From Botryllus schlosseri (taxonomy: Eukaryota): a stretch of DNA of 64,000 bases. The stretch is from assembly GCA_051294905.1 (NCBI GenBank), contig CM119373.1:5334001-5398000 (forward strand). The letters run 5' to 3'. Under the pieces are notes generated by a model. It was not told the origin of the DNA, made no database searches, and saw only the letters and a program-made list of their open reading frames with translations. Position 1 is the stretch's first letter. The number at the start of each line of letters is the position of its first letter. The position numbers were made by a program, and so were the translations under genes. This document shows positions 51,686-63,175 of the stretch, in pieces.

Positions 51686-53504
51686 TAATAGTTCAAGGGG
51701 CACCGCGCTCTAAAAATGATGTTGTCTCAAATTGAAGCGAAGATCGAAAACAAATATTCCCCGCAGCCATTTTCTTCAGAAAGCCACCGTAATCGAGCTG
51801 CAATCAACTGAATTTTTGTATAAGACCAACTGACGCGGTTGCGCGTCATCGATTCTTAACGCGTTGCGAACTTTCCGGCGCGATATCTTCACTGTAGCAC
51901 TTGATCGACGCGACCTCCATATTGTATCACAATTTCTTTATGTAGTATATGGTAAACATATGCTGCGGCACTCAATTTGTTTCCAAATGATGCAGCAGCA
52001 CGAACTCTCAATGCCACTTGCAACATATGCATATTACATAATCACTATGCTGTCGAGACTCTGTTGGACACTACGGGTACCCAGCTGTGCCAATGCCGTC
52101 TGATCGAATAAGGAATTAATAATAATGCATAATTTGTATATTAGTCAATGCACTATTTACAAAAATAATATAGCGAAGGCGGTGTCGATTGTGCCTCATC
52201 ATTATTGATGTAAAATGAAAGGCTTTTTGCAGTGCATATGGTAAAGTACTGCGACAATATCCGTTGGCCAAGAACGTATTCAGTGGCTGTGACTTCATGC
52301 GGATAATATCCAGTAAAGGCAAGCTTTTTCTAATATTAATAGTGATTTTGAATGTGTCCTTGAGAATGTTCTTCGTTCAATCTTGGCTAGTGTCAGTACT
52401 AAGACACTAGCATAGCTCAGTCGATGTAGCGTACAACCGAGCCTCGACCAGTATGGTGATTGTACAAATAAATACGTATGATGTTGCATGGGGCATTGAG
52501 AGTCCGTGCTGTTGTATCATATGAATTGTGGAAGCAAAGTGAGTGACACATCATATGTTTTCCACGTCCTACATAAAGAAGTGAAGCTACAATATCGAGA
52601 TCGCGTCGAGTAAGTGCGACGGTGAAGATATCGTGCCAGAAAATTTCGCAACGGATTAAGATACGCGGTAGCTGGAGCGTAATGGGTTCTTATGCAAAAT
52701 TCACTTAATTGAAGCTCCATTAACGTGACTTTCTGAAGAAAATGGCTGCGGAAATTTTTTTCGATCCGCGCTTCAATTTGAGACCACGTCATTATTTAGA
52801 GCTTATTCGGGTGAACCTGTTGGTATGACGACATCGTTATGCGGTGTTATTTCGTGACCTCCTGTCTGCTATGTCAAAACATATTGAAATCGCCCAAACG
52901 TCCTATAACCTAAAAGACGCATACGATCTCAAATTGGTATTTCTTCACTGAAATTAATTTTACCCTGCAGGATGACATTTGTTTTGTGGCGTTCAGATGG
53001 ACAGGACAGGTACATTTGGCACCAGCGATTTAGGTGCATATGGACAATTAAACATATATTGAAGTTTCCGGTCGACATGAGGGCAGTCCTTTTCGAGCAT
53101 GGTTTTCTCGCTGGCACACTTTTCGGAGTCGCATGTAATATGGCCGCTATGGCCGCTAATACTTGGTACGTCGTGGCGCGGTTTTGTCCACGTCGAAATG
53201 TCCATTTCGATAAATCATGGGTATTTTTCTTTGAGGGAAGGGTGCCCAAAAACTAAGATATCTGGAAACATGAAATCACGATTTTTTTGAAAAAGTGGCA
53301 TAATTTCCAAAAAACTCCATGAGTTATGTTATTTCATGAAATAATTTTGGGCCCCCTTCGACCTCCTACCCCAAATTAACTACGGCATTTGGTACAAAGT
53401 TGCATAATTATATCTGGTTGCTCTCTGATCTATGAATTTAAAAGTATCATAGATATATTTCACGAATATCGAAATTAAATCAATATTGAAAGCGTATTTT
53501 TCAG

Positions 53505-53674
53505 TTTCAGTTTCATCCATCTCTCCTTACTCTACTGGTCATACGAGCATTGACGATGAGGCGATGTCACATGATGTTATACTGCTCACTTCTCTATCAG
53601 CAGTGGCAGTACTTCTACTGATCATACTCACTGGATGCTTAGTTTGGGAACGCCGCATCAAACGTAGCAATTAG
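53505..53674 (+). CDS. Receptor gene transmembrane exon
   Basis: TATTTTTCAG acceptor, phase 1: SVSSISPYSTGHTSIDDEAMSHD-VILLTSLSAVAVLLLIILTGCLVW-ERRIKRSN*. A 24-aa hydrophobic helix is followed by a basic stop-transfer stretch. Confidence 0.75.
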
Positions 53675-53984
53675 ATTCTCGCATTTTCAATCAGTCGAAC
53701 TCTTAAATTATGCTATTACACGTGAGAACTGAGTGACCTCTCCATCACTTCATCTCTGGTGATAAGCTTGAAGTGGTTCGTTATTTTCTCAAGATTTGAT
53801 GAGCATCTAAACTCTACGGCAGGCGTTATTAGCCAGGAGCGGGACGTTCAGCAAATAATTGCTGGGGATGCGTCTCCTGCCACGATCATTGCACTGGTGA
53901 AAAATCAGACCTGTAGTTGCTACAGCGCAGCGTTTCTATTGCATGACGTGTGGATACTGTGCAGTTTCGTATTGTGTTCTAAAC

Positions 53985-54290
53985 CATTGGTTGACAACCG
54001 TTGGTCCGCGCACCACTGCCTTCGCCAGGAGTTCGTTACTGGTCCGCGAAAAGTTCGTACGCTTTAGCAATAGCCAAGATCACTGATAAAAATGAAAGAA
54101 AATCAAGTTAATCTTTTTAATCGAAACATATGTGTTACTGCCTTACTGTACATCATTTACTGACCTTATACTGTGTATGAATCGCAATAAAATTTCCACT
54201 TCGAGCATTGGTGTTTTTAACACCGGTCCGCGAAAAAACAATTTCATTTTGTAACCAGTCCGCATACCGAAAAAGGTTGAACAACCGCTG
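53985..54290. mobile_element. hAT Charlie-like MITE
   Basis: CATTGGTTGACAACC/GGTTGAACAACCGCTG, TSD TTCTAAAC/TTCTAGAC, GGTCCGCG repeats. Confidence 0.8.
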
Positions 54291-54814
54291 TTCTAGACTG
54301 CTCGATTCTGTTCTGTATGTCCCGACACCATTTGCTATTACTATTTGCGCTCGATAGGGAGAAGGATTGGCTACATCAGTGCTTCTCTGCCGGTGTATCG
54401 CGAAGCTATTTCAGGTGGGTCGCGAAGCAATTCCAAATTCAACACTCCTCTATTCAATATCACTGAGAGCACGACTAAATATCTCTTTTCATCCATATCT
54501 TCATACTTCTGGGAGTCCAGATTTTCATCCGGACAACTAGATAATTCTAGTTTTCATATAAGTACGGGGTCTGACCATATTTTGATTCATATTCTCCGAA
54601 TCAGTGCGATAGTAGCTTTCGATGAAGACCAGATTCAGTAAATTCTGAGCTTTGGGAGACAGCTTTTTGATTGCCTGGAATTCTACTACAGTAGCTGCCG
54701 TAAAATAAGTCTGAGTAAAGCTTCAGCGAAGCGGAACGAAGAAGCAAAATCGGTTGCTGCCATTCCACGTTTACATTTTATAATGTAACGATGTTTACTT
54801 GTCACTCAGCTGTA

Positions 54815-54965
54815 ATAGCGATATAGTGAAATGGTAAAGCGTCCTGCTTCTGATTCTTGATCGGTAGGTCATATGATCAATTCCCGGCCATGTCAGACCA
54901 AAGACTAAAAAACTGGTATCCGTGACTATCCGGCTCAACGTTCAGCATTCAAGGATAGCATGGTT
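54815..54965 (+). mobile_element. tRNA-derived SINE with a Meta-domain-like core
   Basis: A-box-like TAGTGAAATGGTAA, B-box-like GATCAATTCCC, then GTCAGACCAAAGACTAAAAAACTGGTATCC...CGTTCAGCATTCAAGG, resembling the MetaSINE central domain (recognised from memory). Confidence 0.65.
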
Positions 54966-55020
54966 ATCGCATCTCAATCGTCCAAGCATCTCAATGGTGC
55001 AAACGAGAATAAGTCTGATA

Positions 55021-55316
55021 TCTCTCCCTCCCTCCTCTCTCTCCCTCTCGCTCTCCTTTCTCTGTGCTCCTTTTCCCTTCTTTCTCCCCCGTCTCTTCTT
55101 TCTGCTCTATTCTTTATCTCCCCCTCTCTCTCCTCCCCTCCCCTCCCCTCCCCTCTCTCTCTTCTCTCTTTGCTCTATTTCCCTTCTTTCTCCCCCCTCT
55201 TTTATTTCTGCTCTATTCTCTATCTCTCCGTCCTCCTCTCTCTCCTTCTCTCCCTCCTCTCTCTCTCTCCCTCTCTCCCTCCTCTCTGTTTCTCTCTCTC
55301 TCCATCCCTCTCCCTC
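55021..55316. repeat. ~300-bp polypyrimidine (CT-rich) low-complexity tract
   Basis: Almost purely C/T on the + strand. It explains the four overlapping spurious ORFs. Confidence 0.95.
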
Positions 55317-55595
55317 AGTGACGATGATGATGATAATTATGATGATATCACTGAAGCTCAACGTGATACTCTTACTTGATAACCACAGACATGGATGCCT
55401 TATTATGTCTCAACATTTCCAAATTCAACACTCCTCTATTCAATATCACAGAGAGCACGACTAAATATCTCTTTTCATCCATGAGTTTTCAAAACCATGT
55501 CGGTGTTTTCATTGAATTAACATGAGACAGAGCAAGTCATGTCATTTCCATGATAAAATCCATGTTTATTTTTTACAGTGTACGACGATTATTCT

Positions 55596-55800
55596 TCGGT
55601 TATAAGTCCTACCGAGATCGACTGCAGAATTCCTACCTAAGTGTTGGAGGTTTATCCGGGCTACTCCTCGCCATCTCGTCCTTGTAGGCAGTGTCTTACA
55701 AAAGTCTCGAAATCAGCCGTACTACAAGTCGGCAGTTGCGGAATAAAATTAAATTGGATTAGCCTGGTCTGAATGACCATGGTAGTCGACAAACACTCGA
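55596..55800 (+). mobile_element. tRNA-derived SINE copy (family of 18850-23000)
   Basis: Reverse complement of 25295-25465 and of the interrupted copies; B-box-like GGTTATAAGTCC. Confidence 0.7.
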
Positions 55801-56784
55801 TAGTTTTTCTAGCTATGTGGAGTGGTTACCTATCCATGGAGTCATATTATCCAATGCACGTTAAGTTTTGTATCATCGGGCACATTGCTCTCCGAAGTTC
55901 ATTTATGAACACAGAAGAATACGGAAATTGATTCCAAACGATACCAATGCATTTACATTTGCGTTAACAGGCGTTAACAGGCGTGACGTAGTCGATTCGA
56001 TCATCCACTTCCCGAAACATTCAAATTCTAAATATGGTTGCGTAATGTTTATTCGGCATACGACTGTGTGTATTGCTGACACAAAGCTTCGCTCAAACTT
56101 CCTCGTTACGGGTTACCCATATTGAAATGATACATGACAGTCAAAAGCATTGTATTAAAGAGTTACACTTGGCGGGACCAGTTGCATATGCTCTTGTATG
56201 GCATGAAGTATAGACAGTGCGCATTTTCTGAGCCTATCCGGAATATTTAGTAAGAAGGCCGTGAAGGTAAAAGTCTGCTTTTACCAGTAAGCTAACTCGG
56301 AATCTATATAGAAATACAATTAATATGGTGTATAATAACCTGGCTTCATGCCCTGACTGGCTTCTTGATGGACGCGCAGAGGAGCCACATGCCAATCAGA
56401 CTTTCAACCTGTATGTTTAAATACAGATAGATGCATGAAATACCAGGTTTAAAACGTTGCTTATATTTACATACCACGCATAAAAGCATGGCACATGTTT
56501 TATCTCAGTTGCTATCAGTGTCATTCCGTGGCTTCTTCTTTTACGTCAGTTCTCTCATGTAAAATATAAGTTCAAACTAGATTCTCACTACATCCAAAGT
56601 TCAAATTACCCTCATTTATAAACTAGCCATCATTTAAATATTTATTTATACAAGTTCACAACGCCATAAGTCTATACTATATTAAATATTTAATTAGATA
56701 CTTGTTTAATCTCTGCCATTCTGCATTGGTATATCATATAAATCAGCAACCAATATCGAAGTGAGACATTGCAAACGAACGAAG

Positions 56785-56857
56785 ATGGCGATGTTGTCTA
56801 TGCTGCGCCTATACACGATCGTCACCCCATTCACTACTGGAGGTTTCTGCTTGCAAG
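56785..56857 (+). CDS. Possible signal-peptide first exon of a second surface-protein gene
   Basis: AAG-ATG-G context, MAMLSMLRLYTIVTPFTTGGFCLQ, AAG|GTCAGT donor in phase 1. Confidence 0.4.
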
Positions 56858-57146
56858 GTCAGTATTGGTTGTATTACCTAAATTATTTTGTTCCGCCATA
56901 GTAGCAAAAATCACGCGTACACGTTTAACAAGTAATGCTGTACATTAAGATTTATTATTGCCCAAGACCGACTAACTCATCAGCGTCAGCCGTGTCTTAC
57001 AAAAGCCTGGAGGTGGGCCGTGCTATAATTCGGCAGTTACGGAAAATAAGAAGAATATCGGCCTGGTGTAAATGACCATAGTAGTCGACAAACACCATGA
57101 ATACCCCAAAACAAACAAACTCCGTTTTTATATGATACATTGGAAC

Positions 57147-57516
57147 TAGGGCCACATTTAAAACAAACAGTGTTTTCAAAAAAGGCCTTTTTAAGAAAAC
57201 AAAATTGTTTTTTTTAAGTTGTAAAACTATGCCATAATTGCGTAAATACTTTCCAAAAAACATGCTGTATGAACCTACAGACAATTACCACCCGACATAT
57301 CGATATGGGATGGTTGGAACCCCCAACATTAATAGTACATATATTACATCAAAGGAGCTATATTTACCCTATATTTTCAATTGTCAATGTCATTTCACTA
57401 TGACGTCACAATTGAATGTTCGGAACGTCATGACTTTTAAAAAAACATGTTTTAAATTAGGGCCTTGTTTTAACCACGTTTGTTTTAAATTGATTTTTGT
57501 TTGAAATGCAACCCTA
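57147..57516. mobile_element. hAT-type MITE (TAGGG TIR)
   Basis: TAGGGCCACATTTAAAACAAA/TTTGTTTGAAATGCAACCCTA with perfect TSD ATTGGAAC. Confidence 0.88.
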
Positions 57517-60160
57517 ATTGGAACTTGTCCAGGGTAGTATGAAGTTCTCACCCATATACGATATTCTGATAATCGACAACTTTATGACAACGCTAAGCAA
57601 AATGCGGAACACGTCGACATAAACACATATTTTTATTTACTGTGACTCCAGTCCTTTGTCGGCTCAAAGCAGCCGCACAGTACCAAACATTGATCAACAA
57701 TTTTGTTTTTACGAAATGCGAGCCACCGGAAAACCATAATCTTGCCGATGTGCAATTATATCCTGTTACACTCTCTCGTATCATAATCTGCAGATCGGAA
57801 TGATAGATCGGAAATTTGCACAAGAACGTTCACGATGGTGACGATGGCGAGTTCAACTCATTGCAAAACTTACTTGGATAATACTATATCAAGAGCGGGG
57901 TACATGTAGGCCTATTTGTAGTCAGCGACGTAGATGGATGAGCGACATGTAAATCGTGTTTTTGCCCATCAATATATCATAATCATTGTAAACCATGGTG
58001 AATTTCAATTATGGTTGTTTCGATTTCCTATCCAATTGTTCCGATGACAGGGCAAGTGGCCATGTTAATGGACAATGTCAATCATCATCAGCGTCACCAA
58101 GGCCAAACCGCAAACATAATCTGAGTTCCAACCTAGCAAGAATCGACGATTTGATAAATTCCCCTTGATAACCTTGACCAATATACCTCAGTAGCTGCTA
58201 AGTGCAGTGTGTCTGTTATCGGTCAGAAATAACGAAATATTATTGACTCGGAATCTGATGATCATCAGTTGTATTTCAAAATAAACTCCGTTTTGTTAAT
58301 GTGAATGGTTGAAATTCTTCACCATCGAATGCCTTAAATTCGTCGAGATAATTTCGATTCATTGCCATTTTTCTGAGGATGACAAGCTTGGTTGGAATAA
58401 GGATCTAGTGTCACATTGACATAGCCAACAATTTCATATTAATATTTCTTATTAACATTTTTCGGTGTTAGCTTGGACCTACTGCAATAAATTATTAGAA
58501 GGAACTGCGCAACTAGGATTGCCGTCGTCGTCGATAAAATCAATATTGCCCAATCCTAATTATGGCCTCTCCATTGCCATCTGTTGTGATTTAAGGTTGT
58601 GAAGCTACCTGATTACTAAGAAATGTTATCAGTCATCACTTTGGCCCAGATTTCCTCCGGGCTATTATGACCAGGGGAGCATTATAATAAGGTATAATAT
58701 CGACATAAGTCAAAAATAAGGACAAATCTTATAAACCGAACAATGTATTTTTATAGTTTATATCTTTACTTTCAACATTGGCCTGCCATGAAACCCTCCG
58801 TGATCCGTATTTTAAGAGGCCTTTTTTTATAAATTTATTGATTAATTTTGAAGTTGGAGTTAAATACCTCCGTATCCTGCAGAGAAGGTTTTTTAAATTG
58901 CACCTAATTTTCAGCTAAAGAAATTAATATTTATTATATCTGTGATTTTGTTTTAGGAGGATGCCACAGGTGAGACAAGCCCGCCAAATTGATGGACTGG
59001 TTAACTGTTTATTGAAGTCCATGGATCAATCTGACTATTTCATTAACATACATTTTAAAATTTAAAATTAAAGCATTCTCGAGTGATATAGGTAGCCTAT
59101 TCGCCACATATACATAGTAAATAAATCAATACATAAATGTACTTCCATGCGTAAACTAACACCCGTCAATATGCCGGTATGCGTCAACATCTTAAAGCAA
59201 CGATGCTTATGCATTCGGTCCTGTTTTGGCCGCCATAGCGTAATTGCTCGAGGATATTGAGTGATATTACTGACGAATTGACGAATAGGGAAATTTGCAT
59301 TTAAAATCCACGACTGTCTACTTATGGCAATAACACATGTTATATACGGTTGGCAGATTTATGCATAACCAAATCCCACGTGTCAGGTAAATAATGTTTA
59401 CCGAAATAAGCGTTGGTTGATAGAGAGGCTAGTCTTCACAACGTTCCATTTTCACAACCTAGTTTTCAGCTCAACGGTATGCCTAGTTTATTTTGGACTG
59501 GATCCGATCACACGAACATATCTTTTTCCAATCCCGACTCTATGACTTCTCTGCAACTTTTTTTGGAAAAATTAAAAGCTAATCCGCCAGCGCCCTATTT
59601 CAAAGTTTTTTTTATGATATTCCGCCCCCTCGGCTGTACTACATTATTTTAATATTTGTTTTCTGTAATAGCTTCGTTGTTGTAGGTTAGAATGAGCCAA
59701 ATTTGATTCGCAGCATTTTTTTACCAACTGGACAACTGTATCAGTCACCCGGTATATTGTTTAAAAAAGTTAATTTTGTACAACAATATTGTCCATATGT
59801 TTGCAGCGACACCAAGTCATAGCGGTCCCTCAGTATTCGTACCATATTATATATCGGAATTGCCCGCGGACAAGCCGAAGCCAGAAGTGATACATGAATT
59901 TATCTTTTTCAAATAACTTCAATATATCAAAACGTTCCTACTTTATATATTGTTCACTTTAAGGCCGTATTGTGCACAAAACAACATTGCAGTGAATCTT
60001 ACTCTCGTACTATAAACTTTAAGTGCGTATATTATCAATTTAACGTATTCTAATTAGAGTTCGCATTTTCGGTAAAGGGCTCATAAAGCAATTTGAAACA
60101 ATTATTATGGGAAATAAAGGGGGCAGTGTCATCGCGATTCATACAAGCATACAGAAGCAG

Positions 60161-60251
60161 GAGGACAATCGAAATAAACCGACTCCAACGATTGAACTGG
60201 CCTCGACCACTAACGGAGAGGACCTGACAACGTCCAATCCTACTGCTACTG
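60161..60251 (+). CDS. Putative Thr-rich stalk exon
   Basis: EDNRNKPTPTIELASTTNGEDLTTSNPTAT with a consensus G|GTAAGT donor (phase 1). Acceptor uncertain. Confidence 0.5.
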
Positions 60252-61425
60252 GTAAGTTAATATCTGACCGGCTCTGACACTACGGACTCATAAAAATAAG
60301 GAAGTATATACTTTCATATCGGAAGGCGCCTTTAGTAATTGATTCCACTGTAACCTCGGCAAAGATGTCACGAATTCGAAGTCTGTAGATTATATCGGTG
60401 AGTAATAGAGTCACCATACGTCCTATTTTAAAACGATTTGTCCTCTTGAAAGTGTCCTCGGAGAACGTCCAAATCTTCTCTTTTTTGAGAATTTTTTAGA
60501 AACATGTATTAAAGTGCCATTAGGATCTCGACCTCGACGCAGCGACCGGCAGAGATTCGTGAAAATCGGGCACAACGGAGGTCGAAACTAAGTATTGACC
60601 TTTTTTAGTCATCACAGGTACTATTCGCCGGAAACTTTTAAAATTACCCATTTTCTTTTCCGGTATCACAGATTACAGAGTGTTTAAAAAGTGACCTATT
60701 TTTCGGATCTCCGAATATGGTAACCTTACCGAGTAAATGTTTACACTTTTCATTATCCAGCTTACTGACTCTTTTCACCCCGGTCGTCGAGTTTATTATT
60801 TTATGTGGCAAACATATAATATAGGTGCTAAATTTGAGCTCAATTAATTATCCTGACTGGTCCAAAGCGTAGACGGCATATGAGAGATATATGGGCATGA
60901 ACTTTAATAACAGTAATTCACAAAGCCCTCAAATTCCAAAAAAATAGTAGTAATAATTAGGACCACAGTATATCGGATTTTCGAGTCGATACCGATAAAA
61001 TCGATAACTAGCACCTTCACCGAAAACCGCGGTGTAGGCTGTTCAGCCGATATTCAACAGATACGGAATCTAGCTTAAGGCGTTTTACGAAAACTTCATA
61101 TCATTTATAAGATCAGATGTATAATCATTGCTTTGCTTCAACATGAAATCAAGTTGAACGTTTGCATCCGTATTAAGGTATATAAAGTATAAAAATATAC
61201 CCAGTGGTACCAGACTATATAATTATCTGATTCTATAGTAATATGTTCTGACGTCACGAGAATTGCATATAATTTTTTTATCCAATGGCCGATACCGATA
61301 TTTATTTCAATGTGTAATTTCGACCCGCTACTATCTTCGAACCGATAATCTCTGATATTATTATTCATAATAATATTCCTGATACGTACATATTATAGAT
61401 AATTCGCAACAGTCAGATGCTTTAG

Positions 61426-61494
61426 CAACATCCAACGCTCAGACGCTTACGACCACAAGTAAAGATAACGTAACTTCGAAGCCCAATGACACCA
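61426..61494 (+). CDS. Mucin-like stalk mini-exon 1
   Basis: TTTAG/GTGAGT, 69 nt, phase 1-1: TSNAQTLTTTSKDNVTSKPNDT. Confidence 0.65.
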
Positions 61495-61553
61495 GTGAGT
61501 TTCCGATCGACACACATTAAAAAATGAATAAACACAGTCCAATTTCGTAACAG

Positions 61554-61622
61554 CAGTCAGAACCAAACCCTGTACGACCGCATCCGAAGATGAGGTCACA
61601 AAGTCAACGCCCTACGATAGCG
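61554..61622 (+). CDS. Mucin-like stalk mini-exon 2
   Basis: AACAG/GTAAGT, 69 nt, phase 1-1: VRTKPCTTASEDEVTKSTPYDS. Confidence 0.65.
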
Positions 61623-63097
61623 GTAAGTTCAAATTATTCTGATATTATTAAATGAGAAAATTTACGATCAAATCGTTTCAATGGACACACACATCAAAGA
61701 TGGAGGTGCTCCACCCGTCACCAAGTAATCTTCAACCACAAGAACGGACGATCTCACCACTCCTAAGGATGATAGTTGCGAGTTTATAATACAAGCTACC
61801 CTTATTGGAGACTGTGAAATGAGATAAATCGATGGCTATCATAACATTACATCCAAGGGGACGACATTAAACGTTTATGTGTAAAAATTACAAATGCACC
61901 GACCTGTTACTAACAAGTTAGTAAAACGTCACAGCAGGACACCCCCCCCCCAAACCTGTAGTAATGATCAACATAATACGTATAGCGGTGTACTGAACTT
62001 TGAATAATAACAACTACTCCGAGAGAATCTCATACATACAGGGAAAACAAGAGACTAGTCCTATCGAGCAAGACGTTTAAAATAGTTGGAATTCCAATGC
62101 CTGCAATCCCCATTTTTGCAAATTCATACTCAAACGGACTCATAAGATTGTGTATATAATTTTACCTGTATTTTAGTAGGTAGGGATAGAAAATAAAGCT
62201 CAATCACCCCCTCAGTTGTTACATTTATTCATTGTGACGTGTACATGTATTGAAAGATCTAACTTATTTCATAAAGTCCTATTTAATTCATTAGTAGGTT
62301 ACGGAAAGGTAATATTTAGCATTACCAAGGCGAGGTCAAATAGTGGGGTGGAAACTATTATTAAAAATACTTGTTCACACGAATCCTAACGTTACAAGAT
62401 ACATGTTTAAAATAATATGGAGAGCTTTCTTTTATAATCCAGACCAGGGCTTCCCACTACAATGCGGTGTCGACTTGCAAACCGAGGGTGTAGGATGAAT
62501 CGTGTAATTGCGACAGCCATCACGTAGTGAATACCAAATTCATTCACTTACTGACGTAGTTGTCATGTATTTCCATTCACCCCTATATACTTGACTATGC
62601 ATAGTAGCTTCTTACGTACCCTGCGTGTGAACAGTGATACTGTGATAATAAGAAACAAGTACCCCACTAAATCAGCGACCGTTTTGGGTTTATATATTTG
62701 TAAATCTGACTCTAACGTGGTCAGTGCTTCACCAGTCATGAACCTCATCGCAATTCCCTGCCTGTAACCTATAGAAAATATTCAAATATACCCAGTCTAA
62801 CGGTGCCAGACCATACATTTATCTGGTTATCTAGTACTATGTTGTGAAGTCACGAGAATTGCATATACTTTTTACATCTAATGACATTAGTGAGTTTCCG
62901 ATCGACACTCCTATAAAAAATTAATCGAGACAGTCAAATTTCGTAACAGCAATCCCAATCACACCACATACGACCGCATCCAAAGATGGGGTCACAGAGT
63001 TAACGCCCTACGATAGCGGCTAAGTTCTATATTAATCCGAGATTATTAAATGAAAAAAATTACGATCAGGTCGTTTCAATTGACACACACATAATAG

Positions 63098-63175
63098 ATG
63101 GTGGGGATCCGCCCGCCACCAAGCCTCCTTTGACCACAAGGACAGACGATCTCACCACTTCTCAGGATGATAGCT
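63098..63175 (+). CDS. Mucin-like stalk mini-exon 3 (intact copy in duplicate B)
   Basis: AATAG/GTGAGT, 78 nt, phase 1-1: GGDPPATKPPLTTRTDDLTTSQDDS. The paralogue at 61700-61777 has an in-frame TAA and a GC donor. Confidence 0.6.

Noticed and set aside
54922..55464. Ser/Leu/Pro-rich and Glu/Arg-rich ORFs
   Set aside because: Translations of a CT low-complexity tract.
56747..56857. Cytoplasmic exon of gene 1 with a tyrosine motif (DGDVVYAAP)
   Set aside because: That frame needs phase 2, for which I found no compatible upstream donor. The acceptor lacks a pyrimidine tract and YAAP is not an ITIM. The signal-peptide reading fits better, though neither is proven.
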